Positions 61,090 to 64,000 of a DNA stretch of 64,000 bases are shown here, piece by piece (position 1 is the first letter of the stretch; each line of letters opens with the position of its first letter). The translations under genes were made by a program, and so were the position numbers. The notes under the pieces were generated by a model that had not been told where the DNA came from, did not search any database, and was given only the letters and a program-made list of their open reading frames with translations. This DNA comes from an uncultured bacterium (GTDB lineage Bacteria > Babelota > Babeliae > Babelales > JABCYS01). The stretch spans positions 96,001 through 160,000 of the forward strand of contig CAVPKK010000003.1 in NCBI GenBank assembly GCA_963705705.1, read 5' to 3'.

Positions 61090-63405
61090 GTGAAGCTATC
61101 CTTGCGATGGATTTTCGATCACATATCCGATGCCAATTGGATGGATATAAATCCTAAAGAACTATCCCGACAATTAACGGCCACTACAGTAGAAATAGAA
61201 CGCGTTTTGCCAATCCGCATCAATCTGGATGCATTATCTATTGGCCAAGTAATAGAGCATAGCGCCGAAAAAGTGACCGTGTTCTCAACCGAATGGAATA
61301 AAAACTTTGAATTTCAATCGCGGCCGGTAAATACAGGCGATCAATATTTAATCACCAAAAATGGCTGGGCAACCTACCCTGAGGTAACCGGCATTTCAGA
61401 TTCCAAATTTGGCAGCCAGTTCTTTCCAACAATCTATGTGACCGATGATGAGCTACCAGGTGAGTGGAAGAAAAAATTCGAGCATGAAGATTATCTGATC
61501 TCAATCGATAACAATGCAATAACCCACCGTGGCGATCTCTGGAGCCATCGTGGATTTGCCCGCGAAGTTGCTGCAACCTTTGGCCTTAAGTTCAAAGATA
61601 TCAATCATTTAATTACTGTTTTGCCCATAGAAGAAGATCTGCAAGAAGCTACAGCCACACCAGCGCGGCCATTTTCATTTGAAATCGGTAGCAAGAATGT
61701 AAAAAGATTTGCCGGGCTATATGTACCACATATCGAACTAGCGCCTTCCTTATTACCTATTGCGCATCGCCTTGCGCGAATTGATGGACGCCCGATTGAT
61801 GCAATTGTGGATGCGACCAACTATGTGATGTTTGATATCGGGCAACCAATGCATGCCTTTGATGCCCAAAAGATCAAAACCAAAAAGATTCTGGCGACCG
61901 AAGCGACCGGCAACGAAAAGCTAACCTTGCTCGATAGCTCCTCAATCGATTTGATTCCCGGCGACATTGTTATTTCCGATGGGCGCACGCCACTTGGCCT
62001 TGCCGGTATTATGGGCGGCGCGAATTCTGGCATCGATGGTAATTCTCAGACGGTTGTTCTTGAAGCGGCATGCTTCGATTCAACGGCAATTCGAAATACG
62101 GCAGCTCGCGTTAAAATTCGAAGCGAGGCTTCAGTACGATTTGAGAAGGGCGTTGACCCTAATTTGAATGTTTATGCTATACAGCGGTTTGTACATTTAT
62201 TTGAAGAATCGCCGCTAAGTATCAAACTGTCTGGCGCTATGATTTGCTTGGGCAAGCCAATTAAGCCACCAGTAATAGAATTGGCTCACGCACATATTGA
62301 AGCGAAAATTGGTATTCAGATCACCAAGGAACGAGTAGAACAGATTCTAACGCGATTGGGATTTGAGGTCCGCACTGATCGTGGATTATATAGCGTCACC
62401 ATTCCTTCCTGGCGATTGAGAGATATTGCCATTGCCGAAGATCTTGTTGAGGAGATTGCGCGATTTTATGGCTACAGCAATATCACACCAGTATTGCCGG
62501 CCATTGCCACAGCGCCGCATGATGTGTCGGAAAAATTAAAAAAACGTATTGTAAAACGTCATTTATCATTTTCGTATGGCATGCATGAACTACGCAATTA
62601 TGCATTATATGATACTGAATTCTTGCATAAAATTGGGTGGCAGCCATCAGCCGAACAACAAATTGCACTCAAAAACCCGGTTTCTGAACATTGGCAATGG
62701 TTAGTTACTTCCTTAGTACCTGGGTTGCTTAAAGCTGCGATGCATAATGAGCATACCGAAGATCGGCTACGTTTTTATGAGCTCAATAAAACATGGTCAA
62801 AGTCACCGACATTACAAGAGCGAAGGACCGTTGCTTGTCTTATCTACGACCGACACAAAAAATTTGAATTTTACGAGCTCAAGAAACTGCTAACCGAGCT
62901 TTTCCATAAATTAGATGTCACGGCCGAATGGGCGCGCGCACATGAATCTGATTACCCATTCCCGTGGAAGCACAAATACCAGACCGCACAGCTGACCAGC
63001 GAGGGTAAACTGCTTGGCTATGCTGGCAAGGTGGATATTGGTTTTTTAAATCATCTTTTGCCCGGTGATGCAGCATTCTTTGAGCTTGATTTATCATTGC
63101 TCGTAGCACCTTCTGTAGTAACAAAGCGTATGCAGCCACTGCCAAAATATCCTACGGTGCGGCATGATATAAGCATGTTTGTGCCTGCTTCGATTAACGT
63201 GGCTCATCTTGAAAATACTATTCGGCACGTTGATGCTCGGATTGTAGATGTATCATTAATAGATATGTTTGAAAAAGATAAAAAAGCGCTCACCTTTAGA
63301 TATGTGATACAAGATCAAACCAAAACATTGGAAAAAGAAGAAATTGAATCTATTTCTAATAAGGTGCAAGACGCAGTTAAAAAATTAGGCGTTGAAATAA
63401 GGTAG
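61090..63405 (+). CDS. pheT: Phenylalanine-tRNA ligase beta subunit
   Basis: KLSLRWI, HRGDLWSHRGFARE, VDATNYVM, GQPMHAFD, RFEKGVDP, EDLVEEIARFYGY, FDX-ACB C-terminus. Confidence 0.93.
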   Translation: MKLSLRWIFDHISDANWMDINPKELSRQLTATTVEIERVLPIRINLDALSIGQVIEHSAEKVTVFSTEWNKNFEFQSRPVNTGDQYLITKNGWATYPEVTGISDSKFGSQFFPTIYVTDDELPGEWKKKFEHEDYLISIDNNAITHRGDLWSHRGFAREVAATFGLKFKDINHLITVLPIEEDLQEATATPARPFSFEIGSKNVKRFAGLYVPHIELAPSLLPIAHRLARIDGRPIDAIVDATNYVMFDIGQPMHAFDAQKIKTKKILATEATGNEKLTLLDSSSIDLIPGDIVISDGRTPLGLAGIMGGANSGIDGNSQTVVLEAACFDSTAIRNTAARVKIRSEASVRFEKGVDPNLNVYAIQRFVHLFEESPLSIKLSGAMICLGKPIKPPVIELAHAHIEAKIGIQITKERVEQILTRLGFEVRTDRGLYSVTIPSWRLRDIAIAEDLVEEIARFYGYSNITPVLPAIATAPHDVSEKLKKRIVKRHLSFSYGMHELRNYALYDTEFLHKIGWQPSAEQQIALKNPVSEHWQWLVTSLVPGLLKAAMHNEHTEDRLRFYELNKTWSKSPTLQERRTVACLIYDRHKKFEFYELKKLLTELFHKLDVTAEWARAHESDYPFPWKHKYQTAQLTSEGKLLGYAGKVDIGFLNHLLPGDAAFFELDLSLLVAPSVVTKRMQPLPKYPTVRHDISMFVPASINVAHLENTIRHVDARIVDVSLIDMFEKDKKALTFRYVIQDQTKTLEKEEIESISNKVQDAVKKLGVEIR

Positions 63406-63410
63406 TTCAT

Positions 63411-63884
63411 ATGAATACGCGTCACAAAGCAGAAATGGGTGGTTATGCCCTGCTCGGTATGTTGGTTATTATCATTGATCGCCTTACCAAAACATGGGTG
63501 CTCGATAAACTCCATGGTATTAGACACATAACAGATTATCTTTCATTTGAATTTGTACTTAACCGTGGCATTTCCTGGGGCATGTTTAGCAGCGATAGTG
63601 AAGCGACTGTCTTGATGATTACATTGGCAGTAATCGGCCTTATATTATTTCTCGCTACATTTGCTTGGCAACGTTTTAAAAAAGATCACCTCATTCTTGG
63701 CGAAGTAATTATTCTAGCAAGCGCACTCTCAAACCTAGTTGATCGATTTCTGTATCGCGGCGTGGTCGATTTCATTGTTTTCTCCTATAAAGGATGGTCA
63801 TTTCCTGCCTTTAACGTCGCCGATACGTGTATTGTAATCGGTGTTTGCATGATGTTTATTTCTGTCTCCATACATCCCGATTAG
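63411..63884 (+). CDS. lspA: Lipoprotein signal peptidase
   Basis: DRLTK, NRGISWG, NLVDR, GVVDFI, FPAFNVAD. Confidence 0.95.
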   Translation: MNTRHKAEMGGYALLGMLVIIIDRLTKTWVLDKLHGIRHITDYLSFEFVLNRGISWGMFSSDSEATVLMITLAVIGLILFLATFAWQRFKKDHLILGEVIILASALSNLVDRFLYRGVVDFIVFSYKGWSFPAFNVADTCIVIGVCMMFISVSIHPD

Positions 63885-63893
63885 GGAATATCT

Positions 63894-64000
63894 ATGCAAA
63901 AAACATATCGTTTAGTAAGCACCTTTGGCCCTATCGGATATCTTCCTGGATCAGGATCCATTGCTTCTTTCCTAACCCTTCCGCTCGTCATCCTTTTAGC
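63894..64000 (+). CDS. Phosphatidylglycerophosphatase A-like, partial
   Basis: MQKTYRLVSTFGPIGYLPGSGSIASFLTLPL resembles the PgpA N-terminus; follows lspA. Confidence 0.6.
   Translation, partial: MQKTYRLVSTFGPIGYLPGSGSIASFLTLPLVILL

Overview
Bacterial chromosome segment. The gene content points to a protist-associated intracellular bacterium, most likely Candidatus Dependentiae/Babelota (TM6); this taxonomy is inferred, not shown. The supporting features are many signal-peptide hypotheticals, LRR/ankyrin/J-domain and PP2C-like proteins, Chlamydia-like tgt+yhhQ, and T2SS/T4P parts. The housekeeping backbone includes groES/EL, mnmG-dnaG-rpoD, lgt, trxB, mraY, trhO-murB-yhhQ-tgt-trmH, valS-ybeY, gspE/pilB, a tamB-like gene, an rluD-like gene, mgtE, tRNA-Lys/Glu, mutL, prmC and pheT-lspA-pgpA. 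Four things stand out. (1) A glycan-building gene set in the first 11 kb (GT11-like, ABO-type GT6, two further GT-like proteins, a DUF3431-acetyltransferase fusion, and a eukaryote/giant-virus-type two-enzyme NDP-rhamnose pathway) in which all seven of these enzymes carry an N-terminal signal-peptide-like extension. (2) Two families of short palindromic repeats that are nested, often flanked by duplicated gene ends, and inserted in frame inside mutL, trhO, dnaG, mnmG and valS, like Rickettsia palindromic elements. (3) Two J-domain-bearing putative effector genes, each bracketed by a ~58-60 bp direct repeat that re-creates a host gene end/terminator or a promoter. (4) Several single-base frameshifts that may be sequence errors.
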